Shown here one piece after another: positions 36,976 through 49,989 of a DNA stretch of 64,000 bases. Position numbers and translations under genes: made by a program. This DNA is from Malacoraja senta (taxonomy: Eukaryota). Below the pieces are notes generated by a model. The model made no database searches and was not told where the DNA came from. It saw only the letters and a program-made list of their open reading frames with translations. The stretch is from positions 248,001-312,000 of the forward strand of contig JAXLNO010000062.1 of the NCBI GenBank assembly GCA_038087875.1, given 5' to 3'. Within the stretch, counting starts at the first letter, position 1; every line of letters begins with the position of its first letter.

Positions 36976-39900
36976 CTGAGGAAATTAACAAGTGATTAAT
37001 ACTTCCTAACAGTGATAAATCTGGGCAATATAGAATGGAAATCACACACACGCAACATTTGTAATTCAACTGCACCAATAGTTAGGTCTTCAATTCCACC
37101 TTGGTATAAAGACATTAAAATTAAAATGATCATTAATGAAATCAGGGGATAACATCATTAATTAGCATTCAATGGTTTGATGGTCCTTTATTGTCACGTG
37201 TACTGAGGTACAGTGAAATTTGATTTACCAGAGTCATACCAAAAAAGCAACAAGACACAAAACTACACAAAGATTAAACATAAACAGCCACCACAGCAGC
37301 GCGTGAGAATCCCAAGGGAACCCAGCATAAGCGGAGACCCACAGCCATCAGTTCAATGTCCGGGCCACACACACGCTCCTTCACTGACCGCTGTACTCTT
37401 TCTGCAGTCCCTGTCAGCCCAAAGTCAGAAAGCCGTCGACACTCGCACCAGACTCAAGGATCTCTGCTCTCACGGCAATCCCTCCGAGTCCCCACAAGGG
37501 TAGGCAGCTCGTCCATTGTGTTTTTCGGCGCCCACATATTCCCCACTGTGATGGAAGGCGAATAACTTTAACCATCTTCCTCCTTTTCTCCCGCGGTCGG
37601 GGCAATCGAAAAACACCCGCAGTCGGGGCAATCGAAGCTCCCGCAGTCGACGATCAAAGCCCCTAAAACGGAGCGATCGAGGCTCCAGCAATCGGGGCGG
37701 GCAAAGCTCCTGCAGTTGGAGCTCCTGACGTTGATCCCTAACAAAGCTACCTCCAGTCCCACAATGTTAGGCCACAATGCCGGCGGAGATGCAATACGGA
37801 AAAATTTGCACCTCCGTCGAGGGAAGAGATAAAAAAGTTTCTAAAGATACGCTAACACATAAAAAACTAAAGATACGCTGACACATACAAATAAAACAGA
37901 ATAAAAACAAAAAAAAGAGGAAAGGGACGAGACAGGCTGTTAGCGAGGCTGCTACTTACGGCGCCACCCGGTGGTCTTTAGTCACACATTTATTTGAAAC
38001 TGCTGACTATCGTTACAAAATTGCATACAGTGAAATGTCAAAAAGGACAAAGAACTTGTCTGCTTGTTTCATCAACAGTAATATCTAGCGTAAAGATATT
38101 TTTAATGGTTCACTGATCAAAAACACTTGAAGTGCAAGCATTAAAATCCATGTACAATATTCACATGGATATTCACAGGACTACTATAGCTCACAGATAT
38201 GTGCCTCCTCAAAGGAGCAGTACCTAAGTTAGACACAGAGTCCAGGAATAACTCAACTGGTCAGGCAACATCTTTGGAAAAAAAGGATGGATGATATTTC
38301 AGGTCAGGATCCTTATTCAACTGAGTTACTCCAGCACTTCTATCTTTGGTATAAACCAGCATCTGCAGTTGTTTGTTTTTACATTCTGCAGGAATACCTA
38401 TTTCAGTCCATCAGGTCTGTTCTGCATTTCATTAAGATCATCACTGACCGAATGTATACATTCACCCAGTTTATCATGAATCGATCCCCTCTGTCTTGAA
38501 AATATTCTACGAGTCTGCATTGTCTACACTTTAACAAACATAGTTCCAAACTCGCATGCTGTTGTCAGAGAAACAAAAATGCTAATGAATTAAATGGGCA
38601 ACCGCTTATTTTTCAACAGTGCCCCCGGATTTACATTTTCCCAACGTGTTTAGTGTAGTTTAGTTTAGATACAGCGTGGAAACAGGTCCTTCGGTCCACC
38701 GAGTCCACACCGACCAGCGATCCCCGCACATATACACGTCTAGGGAAATTAGGGACAATGTACACTCATACCAAGTATACAAGCCCAAGCCAATTAACCT
38801 ACAAACCTGTACGTCTTTGAAGCGTGGGAGGAAATCGAAGATCTCGGAGAAAACTCATGCGGTCAAGGGGAGAACGTACAAACTCCATACAGACAGCACC
38901 CGTAATTGGGATGGAACCCGGGTCTCTGGCGCTGCAAGTGCTGCAAGGCAGCAACTCTACCGCTGTGCCAGTGTGCCACCCAACACAGTGCCTCCTCACG
39001 CAACCTCTCAAAATTTGTAAGACACTTGTATTCTTTAATAGTTTACGTGATACATTAACTAAACTAAAATCCCATCTGCATCTTCTGTACAATTTCATCT
39101 TTGCTATTATATAATAACAGGAACCACTCCTCGACAATTTACTGGCACCATTCCTTTGGCAAGGGAAGACTGAAAACATTTAGTCAGAGCCTCAGCTGCT
39201 CCCACCCTTGTTTCTTTTAACTGGCTGGGAAACATTTCTGCCAGACCTTCAGAGATGCCAACTTCACTAAATTAATGCAGTAATTCAGACATGGCTGCAA
39301 TTGCACTGCAAATTTAGCAAACCTCACAGCCTGTATTTGGAATCAAGCCCCAAAATGATTCAGTGGCAAAACAAACTCTCTCATGGTCAAGGTCCAAGGA
39401 TTCATTACTGGATTTAAACAGAAAACAATGACTTCCTCAGGGTGCCTAAAATGTGTTTGCAGTCAATGTTGCTTATAAGGTACCTTTGTTGTTCAATTAA
39501 CATTGGAATGTCTTAAACCGTGTAACTAATTTGAAAATAGCAAATATGTGATAATGTACTAATGTGGTGGATTATCTACTTGAAGGGTGTTACTTTTGGG
39601 GTAAAGACTGGAAAAGTCACCCAGGAAAACACATTTCTTGCTCTAAAATATGCCAAAATAAAATAGTTCACATCCACCTGAGACACCAATCATGATTTAA
39701 CATAACTTTTCATTCGAAAGTTGGCACTTCAAGTGCAGCATTCTCTCAGTATTGTACTGGAAGCATCAGGCGTGACTTTCCGCTTAAATCATTTGAGTAG
39801 GACTATTAAATAACATGTTGTAGTCTATTTTGAAGTACAACCTTCTAAACCAAGTATGAAGGCATCCTTTCAATTTCCTTGAAAAGATCTGACACACGAC

Positions 39901-40107
39901 GTTAAACGGTTTAACAATTGTCTTTGCTTTGGAAAATAAGAAGCATTGTTAACTATTATTGTTAAAAAGAAAACTTGCAATATTTTAGACTGAATTTTCC
40001 ATCTTTAAAGTGAAATCCAAAAGCAGAAATGCAAACATAAAGTACACAGATCACTGTAATAGCTCACTCAGTGAGGGTAACAAATATTCAACTGGAATTG
40101 ATGTTAC

Positions 40108-40254
40108 CTTAAGCTGTTGATCGCTCACGTGAAGCTGGGTCTCTTTGTCCTGAATTTGGTCTTTCAGCTGCAATACTAGTTGTTCATACTGAGCTAGCTG
40201 CTCAGTTAAATCAGCCACTGAATACATACCTGCAGACTTCTGGCAGCTCAGTGC
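40108..40254 (-). pseudogene. Giantin-like exon (ALSCQKSAGMYSVADLTEQLAQYEQLVLQLKDQIQDKETQLHVSDQQLK)
   Basis: 147 bp open exon, ctgcag acceptor and AAG|gtaaca donor. Resembles the giantin N-terminal 'ERLAQTEQLVVQLKELI' motif. Confidence 0.8.
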
Positions 40255-41539
40255 CTGCAGAATAATTGGTCACCATTAATAACTGCATCATCATAGTGAA
40301 TCGGACTTTAGAGAAAACAGTATTGAAATATTCAGTGACTTGAGAAGAGCATTAATGTGGAATGCATGGAAGCCAATGCATTTTTTTTAATTGCAACGCC
40401 ATTGCTGCAAAATTCAGTCACTCTGGAGACCCAACGTAATTGGCCTCGTGTATTTTAACATGCTCAAAGGCTTTCCCACGATGAATTCTCATATTGAGGG
40501 GGAAAAAATAGGATAGACAGACACAATGTGCTGGATTAACTCACCAGGTCAGGTGGTATCTCTGGAAAAAAAGGATGGTTTCGGGTCAGGACCCTTTTTC
40601 AAATTTGTCGTGGTCTTTTCTTGCTTTCAGATCCACCCCCTACAATCCGTCTAAAGAAGGGTCCCAACCTGAAACTTCACCCATCCTTTTTCACCCAAGC
40701 CACTAAGTTAGTTTAGTTTGGTTCAGATTAGTTTACAGATACACCGCTTGGACCCTCCGAGTCTGCGCCAACCAGCAATCCCTGTGCATTAACACTATCC
40801 AACACGCTAGGGATAATTTACAATTATACCTAGCCAATTAACCTAGAAACCAGTGCATATTTGGAGTGTGGGAGGACACCCGAGATCCCGGAGAAAATCC
40901 ACGCATGTCACGGGGAGAAGGCACAAACTCTGTACAGACAAGCACCTGTAGTCAGGATCGAACCCGGTTCCCTGGCACTGTAAGGCAGCAACTCTACCGC
41001 TGCACCATCATTACTGCAGCATTTTTTATATATACCAGCATCTGCATTTCTATGTATCTGGGATGGAAGTCTGATTTGCTAGTAATACTGGGAAAAGGGA
41101 AAGTGTCCCGGAGAGCCGCACATGAGGTGGGAGTGAACCTAGGAGCCACGCGGGCCCAATCCACCCACCGATCAACCGCGCCGCCGACCGGAACGTGCAC
41201 CGGTAGGCTAGGCTCACCCCACAGGCTTCCCAGGGGACCGAGGTGAATCCCGATGGCGAAGTCTGCCTGGGCTGAGGGAGCCTCAGTAGCGGCGGCGATG
41301 GAAGCCTCAGCAGCAAAGGGAGCTTCGGCGGTGACGGGAGCCTCTGCAGCAACAGGAGCCTCAGCTACAGCGTGATCCTCGGCGGCAGTGGGGCCTCACG
41401 ATCGACCCGCAATCAGCGTTCAATGAGAGTTGGGGGGGGGGGAGGAGAAGACAATGGGGACATGGGTGTAGGGCGACTGCCTTGAAGAACAATGGGGACT
41501 CAGCATGGGGGGGACTGCCGTGTCTCATTGATCTGTCTT

Positions 41540-42655
41540 CAAAATTAGACTGTTTCTAACCCGTTACTCTACCCTCCCTTGTAAAACTGATCACCACCAT
41601 GAAACCTACTACCTGCCCCCTCGACATTGTCCCCTCTGCCCTTCTGAAGGATGTCATTACAACAGCCGGTCCCAGCATCCTCGCCATCTTCAACAGTTCT
41701 CTGGCCACTGGCACTACCTGCTTCAAGCACGCGTGGTCCAGCCCTTCCTGAAAAAAACTAACCTCGACCCCACCTTGCCAAGCAACTACAGACCTATTTC
41801 AAAACTGCCTTTCCTTTCAAAAGCCCTTGAAAAGGTAATTTTAAGTCAACTTATGCCTTACTTCACCAAAATACTATCTTGGGAACTTTCCAATCATGTT
41901 TCAAGGCCCACCACAGCACAGAGTCTGCCTTGTTGAAGGTACATAATGACCTACTTCTCACCATTGACTCAGACGACTGTGCAATCCTGCTCCTTCTCGC
42001 TCAGCGCAGCATTTGATACTGTCGACCACACTATCCTAATTGACCGTCTCCGGTACGGGGTTGGTATTGATGGCACTGCCCTGAGCTGGTTCATCTCCTA
42101 CCTCAAAGGTAGGAGTTTCTCTACTAACATAGGCAACTCTTCCTCCACCCCAGCTAGCCTCTGCTGCGGGGTTCCATAAGTTTCCATCCTTGGCCCCATT
42201 CTCTTCTACCTATATATGCTCCCCTTAGGCCAAGTCATTCAAAGGCACGGCATTTCCTTCCATTGCGATGCAGATAGTCTGCTTACCCACCACACCACCT
42301 CCAGGTCCCTCAGATCGGCCGACTTGGGGTTACTGAACATCCAGCGGTCTAGGCATAAGCTCAGGGGCGACCGTGCCTTTGCGGTTGCAGCTCCTAGACT
42401 GTGGAACAGCATCCCTCTTCCCATCAGAACTGCCCCCTACATCGACTCTTTTAAGTCGAGACTTAAAACTCATCTTTACTTTCAAGCCTTTCTTGATGTC
42501 CTCTGAGGGAGGGCTATATGTATGTATTTATGTATGTACTTAATCTGTGAACCACTGTTGTATAACGTTAGTACCTCCACCAATGTAAAGCACTTTGGTC
42601 AGCAAGAGTTGTTTTTTAAATGTGCTATAGAAATAAAAGTGACTTGGCTTGACTT
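41540..42655 (+). mobile_element. L2-clade LINE fragment, internally deleted
   Basis: KKTNLDPTLPSNYRPISKLPFLSK, SAAFDTVDH and [15 protein letters not shown] motifs; L2-type tail tgtaaagcactttgg...aataaaag(tgact)n. Confidence 0.85.
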
Positions 42656-43424
42656 TTAATTTCAGGTTTTTGTGTACCTTGTGTGTTGTGACTGTTGGCA
42701 GACCAATTTCCCTGTGGGGATGAATAACGTTTTATTGTATCGTATCGTAAGTTAAAACCAAGGGTCAATTCAGGCTTCAGTGAGGGCCAATAGCTATCTG
42801 ATGCCTGTGGGTGAGTAGTGATACGTTGGAGCAGAGAAGTTTAGAATTGGTGGTCAATGCTGCCCACAAGGTAAGGTGTTATGATGAGCAGCTGACTCCT
42901 AGTACCAAGAGCTTGGGTCCTGCTCAGGCCAATCCACTTTATCTTGGAACAAACAGGACGCCCATCTTTTCCAGGGTTGCTTTTACATTAGTGGCCCACC
43001 ATTGCTCATCACTGCACAGGACAGGAAGAAAGTCATGAATGTCATAAACGTCCCAGGTTTACTTTGAGGAGAATGTATTTTTTCAAGTAGTGAACCAATC
43101 ACGTTACACAAATAAACATTTCTCAGCCTCAATATGCACAACCCATCTAATACAAATTAGTAATGCCAATAACAAATATTAAAACATGAGAAGTTCAATT
43201 TGAAATGGCTAAAATTTACCAGAGGCAAAATATAGCAGATAAATTAAGTTAAGCACAGGAAAAGCATTTTCATGAAATATTTTTCAAATTGAAATCATAA
43301 GCAAGTGATTATAGTCCACACATTATTTTATAAAAGGAAAATCTAAATTCCAAAATATATCATGAATACAAATACAAATGTTGTAAATACAAATGCAATA
43401 ACAGGAAATTACAAAAATACTTAC

Positions 43425-43481
43425 CCCCTCCGACGGTTCATTTGCACAAAAGCACCTCCACATGCTTCTATTTTAATGTGG
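43425..43481 (-). pseudogene. Giantin-like gene: putative start-codon exon (MWRCFCANEPSEG)
   Basis: ttgcag acceptor, ATG at 43463, 13 codons, then GGG|gtaagt donor (phase 0, matching the next exon). Confidence 0.6.
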
Positions 43482-46400
43482 CTGCAAATTAACCAAAATA
43501 ATAATTAAATAGAATTGGTACAGAGCAGACAAGCAGGGAAGATTAGTTTAATCGGTCATCATCCTTGGCAAGGACATTGTGGGCCAAAGGGCCTGTTCCT
43601 GTGCTGTACTGTTCTATGGTCTATGTTCTGGAGTTTCAGTTTAGTTTGTTGTCACGTGTACCGATGTACAGTGTAAAGCTTTTGTTGCGGGCTGACCAGT
43701 CAGCAGAAGGACAATACACGATTACAATCGATCCATTTACAGCGCTAGGTAAACCCAGCAAAGTCTGATCAAGGATAGTCCGAGGGTCATCAAAGCGGTA
43801 GATAATAGTTCAGTACTAATGATGCGAATGATGAGATTAGCAAATGCCAGAGGGGTCCAATTGAAGAAAGTGACACCCAATGCAAAGCAGATCAGTGGCA
43901 GAAAATAAAGAGTCATTAAAGTGAATGGAGAGGAGGAATTTCTTTAATCAGAGGGTGGTGAATCTGTCTAATTCATTGCCACAGAAGGATGTGGAGGCCA
44001 AGTCAATGGATATTTAATGGCGGAGTTTGATAGATTCTTGATTAGTGCGGGTTTAAGGGGTTATGGGGGAGTAGGCAACATGTATGAAGGCAGCTGGGCT
44101 CTAAAATTCAGGTAGTTCCAATGTGTTAAATTATCATACATCTAAATTCCTTACAACCAACAAGCAGAGCTGGATTACGGGCTCAAAGATGCCTCAATAA
44201 TGCTCAATAATGGAGAGTTGCAATAATGGACAAATTATGATGCAATGCAATATACTAAATATTTCTGCGAGAGTGGGTACGTGGAACTTGGCACCTCAAT
44301 TGTTTTGGAAGCAGAGTCGAATTTCAGTTGACTTGGTCATTGAACATGTACATGGTTTCACTTTGATGAACGTAGCTTTCAATGAACACATAATATGAAC
44401 ACATAGTTCTATGGTAATATTTCTCTACCCAATGGAAAGCCAGCCTATTACAAAACAAAATGTTTAAAATAGGAAATATCCTGTGCATGCTAGATTCAAC
44501 AATGGAAATCAAACAGAGGCAACTGAAAGGTATAACATGTATTGATCACAAGACAAAGGAGCTGCCATTTTTAACAGAGGTGTGGAAGAATTTCCTGTGA
44601 AGTTGGCTCCTGTTTAAGGATTAGGCATCAAAAATTCCCGTTATTCATCAAATAGTACCACTGAACGTAAGACGACAGATTAGGCCTCTCGTTCATCCAG
44701 AATTGGCACCTCGGACAATGTAGCACTTCCTTATCACTGGATTGGCAATTCTCGCAGGTTATGTGTCTATAAACTGACTCAAAAGCAAATCCTGCTCTAT
44801 TCTCAAAGTAACTAAAACTCAAAACAAAGAAATCAATGGAATTTGCACTCATAAAATGAGCAGCACAATGGGGCATCCGGTACAGCTACTACCTCACAGC
44901 ACCAGAGATCTAGGTTCGATACGGACATTGGATGCTGTGGAGTTTGAATGACTGTGTGGGTTTCCTCCGGGTGTTCCAGTTTCCTCCCACATCCCAAACA
45001 CATGCAGCTTTTTAGGTTGCCGTAAATGGCCTCCATAAAATTGCCACTAATGTGTAGGGAGTGTTTGAAAAAGGGGAATAACATAGTGTAGCGACACCCG
45101 GTGGTGGCTCTGGGTAATGGAACCCTCGTGATTGACTGGAGGAGTCACTGAGCGCGGGCGGGTGTTCTATTGGCAGGTTTTTTGCTGTAACTGTCAGTAA
45201 CTGTCAGTCTAGCGCCCACACTTGTTGAAGCCACATTGTAAATTTGGTTGTCTTATCCACTCTCATTGGCTCGTTGTTTCGTTAAAATAAAACAATTCAA
45301 ACCAACTTACCGTCTCTGACTCGCCAAAATAGCCTGTTTTGGGACATAAGACAATAAAACATGCTTGACAATAAAACACTCTTGAACCAGTATGAATGTC
45401 GAGACCAAAGATGGCGCCTGAACAAGGCGATTCTTTGCGTGCTGGTCTGCGTCTGCGTGCAGACTGTAAGAGGTCTGCTGTCATCCATTACAATAATTCC
45501 ACTCTTAAATCTTTATTTACCCTTCACCTGTACACTGAGGAAGGTTTGATTGCAATCATGCATAGGCCTTCCTTTGGCTGGATAGCATGCAAATTCATGC
45601 TTTTCATATGACAATGAACAATTAAACTAAAACAGGTGATCGATGGTCACCATAGAATCACTGGTGCGAAGCGCCTGATTCATGTTGTATCTCTAAACTA
45701 AATTAAAATCGCTTCTAACCAACAGCTTGTGAAATTCCTTAGTTTCTTTGCTTATGTGATGGAAGTCACTTGGAAAACATATGTAATTTTGAGCACATAA
45801 GTCTCCACTATAAAATGTCCTGAAACATTTGGCTTCCCGCACTCATACAGATATACAGGAGTGAACATCTTATGTAAATTATCAGCACTATACAAGGTAA
45901 GTGGAAAAGAAAATTACAATACCTGTATCAATTTTCCAAACAATAACTGTATAGTCCAAATATCACAATATAAAAATATTTGATGATCTTTCCCCAAGCG
46001 GACAATTTCCAGATTGAATTTAGCCTCCTGATAGTCAGGTACTTGCACAAGGTAGAGCAAGTAATTAGAAAAACACAAAGAAGGCTATTGTCTACTGCGA
46101 GGGGAATTGATAACAAAGGCACGCAGATTACGTTGTAGTTTCTGCGGATATTCGCAACACTTCCCCTGAAAGATTTTTTACAGGAAAGGTCTCAGAATAT
46201 AGAGATGTTAAGAAAAGCAAGTTGTTCAGGTTAAGTTTGCTCAACTAATAGCTGAAATGAGATAAGCCGCGCTGTCTTCTCACTGTTACCATCGGACAGG
46301 AGACACAGAAGTGTAACGTCCCACACTCCCAGTTCAAAAAAAGCTACTGTCCCATCAGGTTCTTGAACTGACCTAATGCTACCACAGCAACGGAACATTA

Positions 46401-47064
46401 CAGACCATCTCCTGGCAACCATGCATTGTTTCATTTACTGAATTCCATTTTATAGACATTAGACGATGTCATATGACAATTGCCTGAATGGTGCAGGAGC
46501 AGGTCATTTGGCTCTTTGAGCCTGCATCACCATTCACTGTGATCATGGTTGATCATCCACAATCAGTATCCCTTTCCTGCCTTCTCCCCATAGAATAGAA
46601 TATAGATTATTGGAGGTGTTTCAGTTTGTTCCTGCATCCAAATAATTTATCACCAAATTCCTTTAGTCCACTGGAAGTAGATCACCAAACTTCAGAGATT
46701 TCCTGCTTCTATCGCCATAATCTCCAAGCACTATGTCATTAATCCTAACATTGATTTCTTTCAATTCCTACCATCCATACATTTAGAAAGCTAATTGTGC
46801 CCTCCATTGTGGAGATAGAGCTGAACAGCATTTAATTATTCTGCAATTTATTTGTTCCCAACCAGGGTTTCAAACCAAGAGACTTATTTTTGTTTTCAAT
46901 TACATTTCATCAGAACTGGAAGAAGCTATAAAATAAGCTTATATTTCTCACTTTTTCCCAGTTCTCATGAAAAGTTGTTGACCTGAGATGTGAACTTTGT
47001 TCCTCTCGCCACAAATGAAAGTGAGTAGCTCCAACATTTTCTGCTTTTCTACAGCCATCAGACT

Positions 47065-49900
47065 ATTTGACTTCGGAGTCACGTGAGTGACTACGTGAAG
47101 ACCCCGCCAGCCAGCATGCGCGAGATATCGTCTATCGCATTGTACAAACGACAGGCTGGGGGGAGCGCTGCTCCACCAGTGGTCCAACCTGAAGGTAAGT
47201 TTTAAACTTTTCCAGGTTGTGTTTTGCAGGAATCTCTGTAAGCCTTACAGAGGTACTGCTTTATTTCGGCGAAGTCGGCCGGGCCGCGGGAGATCCTTTA
47301 TGGACCGCGAGGGACCGCACTTTAATAATAATAATAATGGATTTTATTTACGGGCGCCTTATACCGAGGTCTCAAGGACACCATACAGAGATTTATAGAA
47401 AACATATAATCAGAATTAAAAAAAAAAAAAAGTTATAAAGACCAATACATAAATCAGGGACAGAATTCCTTCCAAAAACACAAAAAAAAGAAAATCAGAA
47501 GCACAATTTGAGGAGAGAGCAGCGGCAATTTAACGCCAGCGTCCACTCTCCCCTCCGACCGCCATCTTGAACACAGACTAACAAATACAATTACTTTGAC
47601 CACAGGGTCGGGGAATCCCGGTCACGACATCGGGGAAACCCGCCTACGGATCGCAGGGAACCCGCTACGGAGGCCGCGATGCGGGTGGCGGGCGGCGGTA
47701 CAGTTCGCCCTTTTCGAGTCGCCGTAGGTGGAGCCAGCGGCTTCAGACTAGTGGCAACCCACTGGAGGGTAAGCCACTATTTTTTCCAGGAACCGCGGGG
47801 ATAACAGGCTCGGGGGGGGGGGGGAGACACCCGACATGGATCTCGCGGGGATCCCTTCTACAAGGACTGCAGAGGGAACCCCAGCTGCAAGAACCGCGGG
47901 GATACCAGGCTCGGGGGAAAACCCGAAATGGATTTCGCGGGAAACCCCTTCTACAACGACTGCAGAGGGAATTCCGGCTGCGAGAACTACGGGGATACCC
48001 GGCTGGGGGAAAACCCGACACGGGCTTTGCAGGGAATCCCTTCTACAGGGACCGCAGAGAACCCGCTACGAAGACCGCAGACTGCGGGTAGCGGGCAGCG
48101 GTCGAATACGCCTTTTACAGATAACAAGACCTGCAGGTAAGTTCTTTACTCTGGGGTCGTTTTTTGTTCCATTTCTGTGTTACAGGGAAGGAACTATGGA
48201 CAATTCGGTAACGAAGTCCAAACGAGCTGCATCCAGACTGGATGGACCACGGAAGTACGGGCAGTCAGCAGCGGCCGACTGCATCTGGATCGCAATCTAT
48301 GCGGTCAGCAGTCTCCGTCCCGGCACCTGTACAGTCTGAATCAACACTACAGACTGGCGGAAAGACCGAGCAGAGGACGGACAGGCCATAGACTCGGACG
48401 AGTCGGGCCGTGAAGAATCACCGCCGGCAGGCAGCGACCGAGATCGCATATCCCGCATGGGCGGTTGATCGAGCAGATGCTCCAATGTGACGTGCTCCAG
48501 GATATGGAGCCTTGTCACCATGGGCCTCCTAGGACGCCCATGGCAGCACCTCGTTGAGGGCTGCATAATGCATCTCCCTCGACAGAGGGGGGCATTAGGA
48601 GTCACTTCTGGGCTGACTCTGAAGACATGGGGTTGGCTGAAGATGCCACAAGTCTACTATGCACCCACCAGCAGACACCGAAGCTGGTGAAAGCCGAAGG
48701 CCGTACGATCAGAACAGAGGTCTTTTTAGACCGCGGCCCAGAACGGCCTTCGTGGAAGATGCGCCAACCCCGCAAGAGTATGGAAGGCATGTCAGGCAGC
48801 AGCTCCTGATTCAGGGTTGCAAATTTCCTCCCACTCAAATGAGCCGGAGTGGTAGAGGGTGCTACTGAAGTGCACATATGCCTGAAGCGACACCTGATTC
48901 AGGGTTGCAATTCCTCCCACTCGATAAAACAGATGGATGCAGATGGTGCTAAAATACATACACATACCTAAGGCAGCTCCTGACTCAGGTTGCATAAGTC
49001 CTACCATTCGGATGTATAAAGGATGAAGCTAATTGAAGGATGAAGCTGGTTGAGGCAGCTGCTGGGCAGGTTGCATAAGTCCTCCCATTTGGAGTATGAA
49101 GGAGAAGCTGCCGATCACGGATACTAGTTGGTAATATTTACACTTGGGTTTTACAGATCAGATTAGTTTATACTGCACAGCATTCAAGCACCAGAGTTCT
49201 CGAAAACATGGTTGGCCTTGCCTTTTTAGGCAGAATCGCAATTGGGGCAATGAGGCCTGTTCATTGTTAACAGGTACAACTCGCTTGTGCAGTATAGACA
49301 TTTCTGAATAGGGAACTTCGTGACTGTTAACTATCATGGGATCAGTTTCCATTCACAAGGCACCAGAGATATTTCAAAATTTAGCTGGAATTGAGTTCTC
49401 ATTCATCCAGTTAAATTTAAGTTAAATTTACGTTGATACCAACTGAAATTGTCTGGGACTCCATCCTGAGGCAAGAGATTGGAATCAATTCTCAAGTAAC
49501 ATTGTTACCAGATCTTACCTATTCCCGGCTGAAACCATCAAAGTCACCTTGATGGACGACTAGTATTCAGCATTGCTCCATTAACTTTTCATCAATTATC
49601 TTCAGTTAATTACAAACTGATGCTATTGCTCAAAGATGGAAAATTACTAATATCAGCTCTAAATTACGGAGATGGATGGGATTTGCATGAGTTACCAAAT
49701 GTTCAGTTATATGGTATTGACTACTTAGACAACAGGTGCATTCTGTGGATTAAGGGGTGCATGCTTAAGTCCAAGTTGATTCACTTTGGTGGAGGTACAT
49801 GTTGATCACATGGGTATAATCAGTCAAAGTATCCGGTGATAATTTACCTAACCTCATCTAGCACTGGTATATCATCAATTGTCAATACAGAATTGATGTT
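47065..49900 (+). mobile_element. Possible DIRS-like retroelement remnant with internal GC-rich tandem repeats
   Basis: Terminal cttcggagtcacgtgagtgactacgtgaag, CpG-rich body, three ~92-100-bp repeats at 47798-48070. Family call is from memory and the 3' end is uncertain. Confidence 0.4.
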
Positions 49901-49989
49901 GGATCGCTAAGTGTTTAATGACATTGTGGCTCGATGAAACGCTGAAGATCGAAATGTCTGCATCCAGGCTCAATCACCAGTTGCAACCA

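Larger units (their letters stand above)
32338..38608. repeat. Local tandem triplication (~32338-33645, 35088-36180, 36380-38608)
   Basis: Long near-identical blocks (e.g. cataaaagggttgatttagataaaaagaatggg at ~32619, ~35088 and ~36659), each containing the 114-bp exon. Confidence 0.92.
10477..43481 (-). pseudogene. GOLGB1-like: Giantin/golgin subfamily B member 1-like gene, multi-exon, disrupted (probable pseudogene)
   Basis: Chain of AG/GT-bounded exons encoding coiled-coil peptides with giantin motifs (EQLAQYEQLVLQLKDQIQDKE; EALLERTQLVDVL; SLQDDRDRIFSEY; LQKDCIKYQE) and a C-terminal hydrophobic tail (LAYFATPHLLLFMCL). The large exon has multiple stops and frameshifts. Confidence 0.85.

Noticed and set aside
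45412..45428. TGGCGCCTGAACAAGG resembling a tRNA-Lys primer-binding site, within a possible solo LTR (45087-45492)
   Set aside because: Not directly after an LTR-terminal CA, no internal coding sequence follows, no clear TSD; it also fits a generic AAGATGGCG motif.
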